A DNA stretch of 64,000 nt from an uncultured Planctomycetia bacterium (GCA_964629655.1 CAZVQU010000002.1:460878-524877); one strand, 5' to 3'. Shown: positions 40,398-48,250, counted from the stretch's first letter. Numbers and translations: made by a program. The notes: generated by a model from the sequence alone, not told the origin.

Positions 40398-41529
40398 CTA
40401 AACTCTGCTTTTTTATATTTGCTTCTGCCTCAGCCACGGTTTCTTGCACTGAATCTTTATCCTTATTCAAAATCTTAGGACCAAAACGAACGATATCATT
40501 ATAAAAAATAAAAATGATCAGAAAGATAAGAGCACCTAAACCCAGACGGGTTAAGTTTTCTTCAACCTTCTCGCTTATCGGCTTACCCCTTATCTTCTCG
40601 AGAAAAAAGAAAAGAAGGTGTCCGCCATCTAATACCGGTACCGGAAATAAATTTATGACCGCTAAGCTTATGCTTAAAGCAGCTACAAGATGTAAAGTAG
40701 CAACTATTCCGATTTTTATTACTTCGGAAGTAATATAATAGATGCCCACCGGCCCGGCTACAGCCTCTTTAAAAGGAATTATTCCTAGTATCATGAAAAG
40801 AAAACCCTTAATCACCAAGAAGGTAAGATTAAATAGAGACTCCAACCCCTTTACTATCGCTTGAGGAAAGTTATACTTAATGGTTTTCATTTGAGAAGAA
40901 ATGCCTATGCCTATTACTGACACATTCCTCTTCTTGCCGAAATCATCAGTTATCTCTTTCTGACGCAAAGGAATATCAAAGGATACAATTTCCCCCTGCC
41001 GCTGGATACGAAGGTTAACTGTGTCTTCGGCTTGATAAATCTCCTTAGCCATATCCAGCCAATGCTCAACTTTCCTGCCGTCTACGGCTAGAACCTTATC
41101 GCCTTCCTGCACTCCTGCAGCTTTAGCTGGATAATCCTCCAGGACACTGCCGATTACAGAATCAGGATAAGGAAAACCAATCAAAGCAATAATACAGAAT
41201 ATAACTAAGGCCAAAAGGTAGTTAAACAAAGGCCCGGCAAAAACAATTTTTGATTTTACTCCCGCCGACTTTGACAAAAACTCATATTTGGCCCCTTTAT
41301 GTTCCTCGCGAGTATCACCAACCATCTTTATATATCCACCGAGAGGAAAAGCGCAAATTACAAATTCTGTCTCTTTGCCCTTTCTTTTAAATAGAACCGG
41401 ACCAAAGCCCAAAGCAAACCTGTCTACCCTTACCCCTGAGCGTTTAGCGGCAATATAATGACCGAATTCATGGACCACGATTAAAATGCTAAAGATAACT
41501 CCAACTGTGAGCATACCGACAATATTCAT
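40390..41529 (-). CDS. rseP: RIP metalloprotease RseP
   Basis: HEFGH, PDZ domain, NLFP.P.LDGG. Confidence 0.96.
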   Translation of the reverse strand: MNIVGMLTVGVIFSILIVVHEFGHYIAAKRSGVRVDRFALGFGPVLFKRKGKETEFVICAFPLGGYIKMVGDTREEHKGAKYEFLSKSAGVKSKIVFAGPLFNYLLALVIFCIIALIGFPYPDSVIGSVLEDYPAKAAGVQEGDKVLAVDGRKVEHWLDMAKEIYQAEDTVNLRIQRQGEIVSFDIPLRQKEITDDFGKKRNVSVIGIGISSQMKTIKYNFPQAIVKGLESLFNLTFLVIKGFLFMILGIIPFKEAVAGPVGIYYITSEVIKIGIVATLHLVAALSISLAVINLFPVPVLDGGHLLFFFLEKIRGKPISEKVEENLTRLGLGALIFLIIFIFYNDIVRFGPKILNKDKDSVQETVAEAEANIKKQSLDE

Positions 41530-42683
41530 AATCTATTCAAATACTCCTCTGCTTTTCTTCTTGCCCAATCATCCCAGAAAAAAACATCTCCTACTCTCTT
41601 TATCTTGCTGGATTTATAGTTTCTGAAGATATGAGCCATTACCTTATATATATCGATAAATTTTATTCTCCTTGTCAAAAAATAATCTATAGCGACCTCA
41701 TCAACAGCATTCAGAATAACCAAAGAGTTGTCCTCTTTCTTCGCAGCCTGCAAAATTATCTCCAATAAAGGATAATCTTTAGAATTAAGAGGTTTAAAAT
41801 TATAAGAAAAACTACTCTTAAAATTAACCCCTTTTTTAGAATCAAAACGCTTAGGATACAAAAGGGCATGAGAAATTGGAGTCTTCATATCCGGAGGGTA
41901 GAGACAAGCAAATAAGGTGTTGTCTTTATGCTCTAGGAGAGCATGAATTGCTGACTCTTTATGGAGAACAACGCCTATTTTTTGATAATCTAACCCGAAA
42001 AAGTAATGGGTCTCTACAACTTCAAACCCTTTATTAACCAAGGTAGCACTATCTACAGTTACCCGCTTGCCCATCTTCCAAGTAGGATGATCTAGGACTT
42101 TTCTTACTCCGACTTTAGCTAATCTACTCTTGCTATAACCAGCCAAAGCTCCTCCGGAAGCGGTAAGATAGACTTTGCGAAGATCATCTTGGTAGCCTCT
42201 CCCGCCTCTTAGCTCAATAAGTTGAAAAAGAGCATTTATCTCACTATCTACAGGTAAAATTTGAGTATCAAACCTCTTGGCCCTTTTAAATACTAACGAC
42301 CCGGCAGTGACTATAGACTCTTTATTAGCTAGAGCTATGCGTTTACTATTAGCAATGGCTATTAAAAGAGGCTTTAGGGATGAAATCCCTGCGATAGCCA
42401 TTACCGCTATGTCTGAGGCAATAGAAGAAAAATCCTCTAATCCTGCCTGGCCAGAGAAAAGCTTAATACCCCGGCCTAATTTCTTCTTTAAACTCTTGGC
42501 TTTACCTTCATCCCTTACACAAACAGACAAAGGACGGAATTCTTTAATCTGACTATAGAGAGCATTAATATCCTTATTAGCACAAAGACCAATAACCTTA
42601 AGCTTGCCCTTACTCTCCCTAATTACACTTAAGGCCTTTTTACCAATCGACCCTGTTGAGCCGAATATTACTACTTTCTTCAT
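41526..42683 (-). CDS. dxr: 1-deoxy-D-xylulose-5-phosphate reductoisomerase
   Basis: GSTGSIG, LANKES, LPVDSE, TASGG, HPTWKMG, NKG.E. Confidence 0.97.
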   Translation of the reverse strand: MKKVVIFGSTGSIGKKALSVIRESKGKLKVIGLCANKDINALYSQIKEFRPLSVCVRDEGKAKSLKKKLGRGIKLFSGQAGLEDFSSIASDIAVMAIAGISSLKPLLIAIANSKRIALANKESIVTAGSLVFKRAKRFDTQILPVDSEINALFQLIELRGGRGYQDDLRKVYLTASGGALAGYSKSRLAKVGVRKVLDHPTWKMGKRVTVDSATLVNKGFEVVETHYFFGLDYQKIGVVLHKESAIHALLEHKDNTLFACLYPPDMKTPISHALLYPKRFDSKKGVNFKSSFSYNFKPLNSKDYPLLEIILQAAKKEDNSLVILNAVDEVAIDYFLTRRIKFIDIYKVMAHIFRNYKSSKIKRVGDVFFWDDWARRKAEEYLNRL

Positions 42684-42723
42684 AATTTTATATTACCCTA
42701 GCCCTAATTCCGGACTAGCTGGT

Positions 42724-43527
42724 CTATCGCATCATTGTAAGATAGAGATAAAATGTGGGTGCTGTAAAAATTAAACTGTCGATAACATCAAGGATTCCCC
42801 CCATACCCGGGAGAAGTTTTCCGGAGTCTTTGACCTGACAATCTCTTTTAATAAGCGACTCGAAAAGATCGCCCAATTGTGCAATTATAGCTAAGATTAT
42901 AACAAGAAAAAACTTTTCCCAAAAATTAATACTTCCAATAAATAAAGAAAAGATAACTCCTACGCCTAAGCTGGTAAAAAACCCGCCGATAGCCCCCTCT
43001 AGAGATTTCTTGGGACTTATTCTCTTAAACAAACGAGTCTTACCAAATTTCTTACCCCAAAGGTAAGCGCCGGTGTCCGAAGATTTAGTCACTAAAATTA
43101 GGAATCCTGTGAGCATAGCTCCCTCGGGAAGCTGCCTTATCCGGATAAGAAATGAAAAACACCAAGATATATATATTACCCCGAAAACCGTAGCTGAAAT
43201 AGATAATATCGATTGATGAGCATCCTTTTTAGTCAACTCCGAAAGAAAGAGAATAAAAACACCGATAACTACGAATAAAAACTGCCATCCTTCTTGGATA
43301 GAAAAGCGAAAATATATAGTTATCGGGATAAGTATTCCGACTAAAAGCCCCAGGGGCTTAAATAACCTTACCCCCTTCTTCTCAACCATATAAAAGAACT
43401 CATAAAGAGCAGCTAAAATTAGCAAGCAACAAAACAGACCACAAAGTGGATAGTAAATCACACAGAATACTGCAAGTACGCTTAAAATACTAAACGGAAG
43501 TAGTCGCCTTTGCATTAATTGCTCCAA
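42724..43527 (-). CDS. cdsA: Phosphatidate cytidylyltransferase
   Basis: DTGAY, ISPKKS.EG, GDLFES.IKR...VKDSG..LPG.GG.LD. Confidence 0.96.
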   Translation of the reverse strand: MEQLMQRRLLPFSILSVLAVFCVIYYPLCGLFCCLLILAALYEFFYMVEKKGVRLFKPLGLLVGILIPITIYFRFSIQEGWQFLFVVIGVFILFLSELTKKDAHQSILSISATVFGVIYISWCFSFLIRIRQLPEGAMLTGFLILVTKSSDTGAYLWGKKFGKTRLFKRISPKKSLEGAIGGFFTSLGVGVIFSLFIGSINFWEKFFLVIILAIIAQLGDLFESLIKRDCQVKDSGKLLPGMGGILDVIDSLIFTAPTFYLYLTMMR

Positions 43528-44212
43528 ATCTCCTATCCCTTTGAGAATAAGCTTTTATCGCCTTATGTAAGTGTTCTTTATCAAACTCCGGCCAAAAGAC
43601 CGGGGTAAAGTAAAATTCACTATAAGCTAAATCCCAAATCAAAAAATTGCTAATCCTCTTCTCACCAGAAGTTCTAATAAGCAAATCCGGTGCCGAAATA
43701 CTACCTAAAGAAAGATGCTTATTAAACAACTTCTCATCTATATCCTCCCAGACCATACTCTTGCCTACGCACTTCTTTGCTATTCTTTTTGCCGCATTAA
43801 CAATATCCCATTTCCCTCCATAATCTAAGGCTACATTAAAAGTAAAACTCTTATTATCCTTAGTAACATCTTCGGTCTTTCTTATCTCTTTGATGACCTC
43901 TTTGCTAAGTCTGTCCCTTCTACCGATTGCCTTAAACTTTATATCCTTTTGCACAAATTCTTTCTGGTAATCCTTTAGAAGCTTGATCAGATAGAAAAAA
44001 ATAAATTCTATTTCCTTTTTTGGTCTATCCCAATTCTCAGTAGAGAAAGCAAAGATGGTTAAAACCTTCACCCCAATTCTTTTGGCTTCCTTAAGAATCT
44101 CCTTCACCCTTTTTGCTCCCTGGCGATGGCCAACCGTACGAGGCAGCATCCTTTTTTTGGCCCATCTTCCATTTCCGTCCATTATTACAGCTATATGGTA
44201 AGGTACTTTCAT
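43490..44212 (-). CDS. uppS: Undecaprenyl diphosphate synthase
   Basis: HIAVIMDGNGRWA, AFSTENW.R, IRTSGE.RISNF. Start moved to ATG 44212 because the longer ORF runs through a terminator. Confidence 0.97.
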   Translation of the reverse strand: MKVPYHIAVIMDGNGRWAKKRMLPRTVGHRQGAKRVKEILKEAKRIGVKVLTIFAFSTENWDRPKKEIEFIFFYLIKLLKDYQKEFVQKDIKFKAIGRRDRLSKEVIKEIRKTEDVTKDNKSFTFNVALDYGGKWDIVNAAKRIAKKCVGKSMVWEDIDEKLFNKHLSLGSISAPDLLIRTSGEKRISNFLIWDLAYSEFYFTPVFWPEFDKEHLHKAIKAYSQRDRRFGAINAKATTSV

Positions 44213-44234
44213 TTTTGCCCTAGCTACTCTATCT

Positions 44235-44261
44235 AAAATAAAAGGGGGCTTCTGCCCCCTT
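44235..44261 (-). terminator. Rho-independent terminator after the OmpA operon
   Basis: Minus strand AAGGGGGC-AGAA-GCCCCCTT followed by TTATTTT. Confidence 0.8.
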
Positions 44262-44291
44262 GTGTAAGAATACATTAATTAGTTTTACGGG

Positions 44292-44606
44292 TTACTCTGC
44301 GCCGAGTTTCTGCTTCATTAGCTCTTCTTTGAGATTCTCTTCTAATTTATCTTTTAGCTTCTCTATCTTTACATTCTCTTCTTTAAGATCTTCTATCTTA
44401 TCGTTTAATTGTTCGATATCTCCCGCCAAATCGCTATTGTCACTTTTTAAATCCTCGATATTCTTGGCAAGACTTATATTTTTAGCTAACTCTTGTTTAT
44501 AAACTCCTGATAAAGAATTCATCTTAACCAAGAGAGATACGCCGGCGATAACCAGAACTACAATCAGACCAATTAAAAGACTTATTATCAATGGGTTATC
44601 CTTCAT
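44292..44606 (-). CDS. Hypothetical single-TM coiled-coil protein
   Basis: N-terminal TM helix then heptad-rich sequence; ATGA overlap with the upstream gene. Confidence 0.8.
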   Translation of the reverse strand: MKDNPLIISLLIGLIVVLVIAGVSLLVKMNSLSGVYKQELAKNISLAKNIEDLKSDNSDLAGDIEQLNDKIEDLKEENVKIEKLKDKLEENLKEELMKQKLGAE

Positions 44607-45235
44607 TTCAACTCCTCCTCATTTATTTCTAAAGACTCTTCTGCTATTTTCTCCTTTACTGATTTAGGCAAAACAACAATCTCTACCCGCCTGTTAAGCT
44701 GCTTGCCTTCATCTATATCATTGGAAGCAACCGGTTGATGCTCTCCATAACCAATTGCCGACAATCTTTCAGAAGCAATAGCTCTTCTCTCTAGGTGATT
44801 AAGTACGCTTAAAGCCCTTTGGGCAGACAGTTCCCAGTTTGATTTCCAGCGAGAGTGTTTTATCGGCTCGTTATCGGTATGCCCTTCAATTCCGATTCTG
44901 TTACCAGGAACCGCTTCTTTAAGAATTTTTACTACCTTGTCTAGAATTGGAAGGCTTTTTCTTCTCAGCCTTGCTTTTCCGGAATCAAAAAGAACTTCAG
45001 CCACAAAGGTAATTACCAGGCCCTTCTTGGCTATATTTAAACTTACCTTTTTATCTTCTATCTCTTTAGCAAGAGAATTCTCTAAGAGATCGCTAGCTTC
45101 TCTTAGATTAACTAGCTCACTCTCTAAAATCTCTATTTTCTCAAGATCTGAGCGTCTCCCTTTTTGGAAAACTACCGTACATCCATTTAAAACTAAGAGA
45201 GAAATAACTAATAAAATAAGACCTGTTTTGCGCAT
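44603..45235 (-). CDS. OmpA/MotB-family peptidoglycan-binding lipoprotein
   Basis: Lipobox LNGC, coiled coil, LFDSGKA.L, IEGHTD, NWELSAQRA, GYGE..P, NRRVEI. Confidence 0.92.
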   Translation of the reverse strand: MRKTGLILLVISLLVLNGCTVVFQKGRRSDLEKIEILESELVNLREASDLLENSLAKEIEDKKVSLNIAKKGLVITFVAEVLFDSGKARLRRKSLPILDKVVKILKEAVPGNRIGIEGHTDNEPIKHSRWKSNWELSAQRALSVLNHLERRAIASERLSAIGYGEHQPVASNDIDEGKQLNRRVEIVVLPKSVKEKIAEESLEINEEELK

Positions 45236-45263
45236 CGTGACCCCCTTTTAAATTAACGGATTT

Positions 45264-45292
45264 AGCCTATCATAATCGGCTTTGCAAGTCAA
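45264..45292 (-). promoter_or_regulatory. Promoter of the OmpA operon
   Basis: TTGACT-N17-TAGGCT with extended -10 TG. Confidence 0.5.
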
Positions 45293-45369
45293 GGGATTTG
45301 ATTATTCCCTGCAAAAAACAAGACTCCAGGAACTAAGATAATGCCTGCAAAAGCAGAAAATATGGTAAT

Positions 45370-45453
45370 TTATTTCCTGGATTTAGCTTTCTTTTTAGCT
45401 TTAGGCTTTGCTTTCTTCTTAGGCTTAGCCTTTGCTCCGCAACAACAACCCAT
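45370..45453 (-). CDS. Small basic peptide MGCCCGAKAKPKKKAKPKAKKKAKSRK (27 aa)
   Basis: Hand translation; RBS context AAGGAGGTAATC-ATG identical to that of rplS; own upstream promoter TTGACT-N16-TATTAT. Confidence 0.75.
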   Translation of the reverse strand: MGCCCGAKAKPKKKAKPKAKKKAKSRK

Positions 45454-45602
45454 GATTACCTCCTTATCTCCTATACTAAATAATACCCTACTAAAGAATC
45501 AAGTCAAGCCTTAAATATCAACAATATCAGGGATTTAAAACGTTTTCAGAATACCCCTCGTTAAGTATTGAAATCGCCTTTTCTATATTGTATATCTTAG
45601 TT

Positions 45603-45691
45603 GTCAAGAGCCACCGGCCACGGAAGGGGCTCAAATAGATCTAAATCCTTCTTTCTAGAAAATAGGGGCACAAAAATGCCCCTATTTTTTT
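45603..45691 (+). ncRNA. Candidate small RNA (~90 nt)
   Basis: Imperfect promoter TTGAAA-N17-TATATC at 45568-45596; 5' hairpin GAGCC/GGCTC; ends in a 12-bp stem with a T7 run; no ORF. Confidence 0.4.
45659..45691. terminator. Bidirectional Rho-independent terminator
   Basis: AAAATAGGGGCA-CAAAAA-TGCCCCTATTTT; T7 on plus strand, T4 on minus strand. Confidence 0.85.
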
Positions 45692-45695
45692 ATGC

Positions 45696-45818
45696 CTAGT
45701 CAAAAGCCTGAGCAATGCCATAAGCTGCTGCTGCTGATACGGCTGTACCGATAACTGCACAACCCTGTATAAATAATACCATTAGTAATATAACAACTAT
45801 CAATAATCTTTTCACCAT
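45696..45818 (-). CDS. Small lipoprotein MVKRLLIVVILLMVLFIQGCAVIGTAVSAAAAYGIAQAFD (40 aa)
   Basis: Hand translation; RBS AAGGAGGT; signal peptide with IQG-C lipobox; terminator immediately downstream. Confidence 0.8.
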   Translation of the reverse strand: MVKRLLIVVILLMVLFIQGCAVIGTAVSAAAAYGIAQAFD

Positions 45819-45828
45819 CTACCTCCTT

Positions 45829-46257
45829 CTATTTAAAGAAATCTATATATATAGCAAATAACAACGCTACGGCTGAGAGTATAAATATGAAAAGGTAATT
45901 TACCCTTTCTTTCTTGGAAACTAAACCACAAAGTAACTTCTCGACATTATCATAATCATCTTTGGCCAATTGTTTTTGGTTAGCAATTTTATCCATGAGG
46001 CCTTTCTGAATAATTAGTTTAGCCCTTGACTGGCTCACTTTAAATTTATATATAAAGAATATGAAGAATCCGCTAACCCCTATATACCAGGCAATCTTCC
46101 CATAACTAGGGTTAAAATTCATTAGTACTGTTACCGTTCGTATTGATATAGTTGCCAACATTCCGATAGCAACGAAAAACCATGAAGCACGCGTGTCTTT
46201 ACAATTCTTATACTGACCGCAATTTATGCACTTTTCACCATCAATCTTAGACTTCAT
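45829..46257 (-). CDS. Hypothetical 3-TM membrane protein with N-terminal CxxCx5C motif
   Basis: ORF track; CINCGQYKNC, three hydrophobic segments, GAGG RBS. Confidence 0.8.
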   Translation of the reverse strand: MKSKIDGEKCINCGQYKNCKDTRASWFFVAIGMLATISIRTVTVLMNFNPSYGKIAWYIGVSGFFIFFIYKFKVSQSRAKLIIQKGLMDKIANQKQLAKDDYDNVEKLLCGLVSKKERVNYLFIFILSAVALLFAIYIDFFK

Positions 46258-46278
46258 TCTTAGATTACCTCTTTTTAT

Positions 46279-46644
46279 CTAGGTTAACAACTCGTTAACT
46301 TTTTCCAGAAGCTCATCAGCCTTAAAGGGTTTAGACATATAGCAACTAGCGCCGATAACTCTTCCGACAACTCTATCAGTATCAGATGATTTCCCGGTTA
46401 GCATAATAATAGGTAAGTTAGCTGTCTTTTGATCCTTTCTAATCTCTCGGCAAACCTCTTCGCCGGGGAGTTTTGGCAATATCAGATCTAATATAACCAA
46501 ATCCGGCATCTTATTTTGTACCTTCTCTAAAGCCTTCTGGCCATCATAGGCAGTGATAACCTCATATCCATTAGCCTCAAGCCTCATCTGGATCATATCA
46601 ACCAATTGGACATCGTCATCAACTACTAATATTTTCTTATCCAT
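46279..46644 (-). CDS. Single-domain response regulator (receiver only)
   Basis: ILVVDDD, PDLVILD (phospho-Asp), IIMLT, SKPF. Confidence 0.95.
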   Translation of the reverse strand: MDKKILVVDDDVQLVDMIQMRLEANGYEVITAYDGQKALEKVQNKMPDLVILDLILPKLPGEEVCREIRKDQKTANLPIIMLTGKSSDTDRVVGRVIGASCYMSKPFKADELLEKVNELLT

Positions 46645-46723
46645 AGTGCTTGCTTCCTATTATTTATTATATCACTGTTTTAGCTTGAGGCAAAAAATTG
46701 ATGTAAAATATACCAAATTAAAT

Positions 46724-46757
46724 AAAAAAACGGAGGCTACAAATTTGCAATCTCCGC
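46724..46757 (-). terminator. Rho-independent terminator
   Basis: Minus strand GCGGAGATTGCA-AATT-TGTAGCCTCCG then T7. Confidence 0.8.
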
Positions 46758-46808
46758 TTCTTGCCTTGAAGGAAATAACCTATTAATTAAGAGCAGTCTA
46801 CACTCTCT

Positions 46809-47126
46809 TTATTCTTTGAATTTAATTACTACCCCGGTAATACTTACTTTTTCGCCAACAAACTCACCGGTAGTAATATAAACAGCTTCACCACCTAACT
46901 TTGAGGCCTCTTTTTTCAAGATATCTTCAATTTGAGACCACTGGGCAGCTTCTGTGCTCACTTCACCTATCTTTATATATTTCCTCTCAGACGGAGACCT
47001 TCTATAAACCCTTATGTCTTTGGCCTCTGTCGGAGTAAACTTTACATCACTCTCATAAAGGGTTACCTTTGCGGTTGCACAACCAACTAACATTACTAAG
47101 GCTAATAAACAGATTAACTTCTTCAT
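46809..47126 (-). CDS. Hypothetical lipoprotein (possibly YbjQ/DUF4156-like small fold)
   Basis: MKK...LVGC lipobox; IGEV...LKKEA.KLGG.AV pattern; RBS AAGGAGG. Confidence 0.8.
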   Translation of the reverse strand: MKKLICLLALVMLVGCATAKVTLYESDVKFTPTEAKDIRVYRRSPSERKYIKIGEVSTEAAQWSQIEDILKKEASKLGGEAVYITTGEFVGEKVSITGVVIKFKE

Positions 47127-47141
47127 CCTGCCTCCTTACTT

Positions 47142-47262
47142 AAAAAAACGATCCCGATCATAAGAATTACCCTATGATTTTAATCTATTCCGTCATATCG
47201 GCAACCTTATAGCTAGTAATAAATAATACCTCTTCGACTTAGAATAGTCAATTTCTAAATTT
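47142..47262 (-). repeat. Copy 1 of a duplicated promoter + short RNA + terminator module
   Basis: 52/70 ungapped identity (47193-47262 vs 48002-48071) and 37/50 columns (47142-47190 vs 47941-47989), counted by hand; promoter TTGACT-N17-TATTAT. Confidence 0.85.
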
Positions 47263-47275
47263 ATATCGCTTCTCT

Positions 47276-47593
47276 TTAACTGTCATCAATATCCTTGAGG
47301 TGTTCCTGAATTTCTCCGCCTACAACAACCCAAGTAACAATATCTCCTGTCTCTTCAGTTCTCCAATCCGAGAATGTAAAGTATTCCACATTACCAAAGT
47401 AGCAATAATGCAACAAGGTCTGCTCTACGAACCCCATCTCTTCTAACTTCTTTGGAATAGTTTTGCCTTGTCTTGTGAATTCTGTGGCAGTAGTATAGCC
47501 TGAATCCTGCTTATGACCTGAGTCTTCGGTTGGACTACAGGCGGCAAGGAATAGTATAAAAATCAGTAGGGGTTTCGTTCTATTCTTCTTAAT
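47276..47593 (-). pseudogene. 105-aa lipoprotein ORF lacking a canonical start (ATT start or recent pseudogene)
   Basis: Open frame (I/M)KKNRTKPLLIFILFLAACSPTEDSG...HLKDIDDS* with an LAAC lipobox; in-frame TAA two codons upstream of the ATT. Confidence 0.6.
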
Positions 47594-47599
47594 CTTCTT

Positions 47600-47881
47600 T
47601 TATTTTTTTGTTGGATTGTCTCCATTAAGTTCTGCCCGTAATTCTCTTATTTTTGATTCCAATCGTGTTATTTTTGAGTTCTTTCGTGCTATTATTGCTT
47701 CCGATTCTACTCTTTTTGAGTTTAATTCTCCTATTTTTGATTCCAATTCTTTTATTTTAAAATCTCGTGGTTCTACACTGACTCTTTTTTGAACTTCGCA
47801 TGTAATGCCTGCTACAGCTAAAATAACCAATATCGAAACATTAACCCAACGACTATCAATTTTTTCTTTTAATCTTGCCAC
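47600..47881 (-). CDS. Hypothetical single-TM coiled-coil protein
   Basis: ORF track; TM segment then repeated KI..LESKI.EL heptads; upstream GGGAGAGG and a promoter-like TTGAAA-N16-TAATAT. Confidence 0.7.
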   Translation of the reverse strand: MARLKEKIDSRWVNVSILVILAVAGITCEVQKRVSVEPRDFKIKELESKIGELNSKRVESEAIIARKNSKITRLESKIRELRAELNGDNPTKK

Positions 47882-47940
47882 GCCGAAATTAAATATCCTC
47901 TCCCGTTAATATATTACCTCTATTTATCTCCTTTTCAAAC

Positions 47941-48071
47941 AAAAAAGCAACCCCATTATGAGAGTTGCCCTATAAATTTCAACCTGTTCTTATATCCATC
48001 TTCATACCCCGAGCCTTTGTGGTAATAATAGATATTACCTCTCCGGCCTAAAAGAGTCAATTTATAAATTT
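47941..48071 (-). repeat. Copy 2 of the duplicated module; candidate ~85-nt sRNA gene
   Basis: TTGACT-N17-TAATAT, then about 85 nt ending in GCAACTCTCA-TAA-TGGGGTTGC-T6; homologous to 47142-47262. Confidence 0.85.
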
Positions 48072-48250
48072 GACACTCTTATTGAAACCATGTATATACA
48101 AAAACTAAAAAAAATTAAGGGACTATATATATGTCAGGTGGTAACATACCCCCATACCGGCAGTTTTTTACCCACTACCCCTGGGTACTGTCCAAATACT
48201 GACTATATTATATCAAAATCGGCATAAAACAGCACTAATAGGCACCGAAA

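Noticed and set aside
48038-48053. CTCCGGCCTAAA resembling part of a c-di-GMP-I riboswitch
   Set aside because: The required upstream GGCAAA...GAAA...GACGCAAAG core is absent; the segment is better explained as the spacer of a minus-strand promoter
47142-48071. The duplicated module as a CRISPR array or integron attC sites
   Set aside because: Only two long, diverged copies with genes between them; no cas or integrase gene; no clear RYYYAAC...GTTRRRY ends
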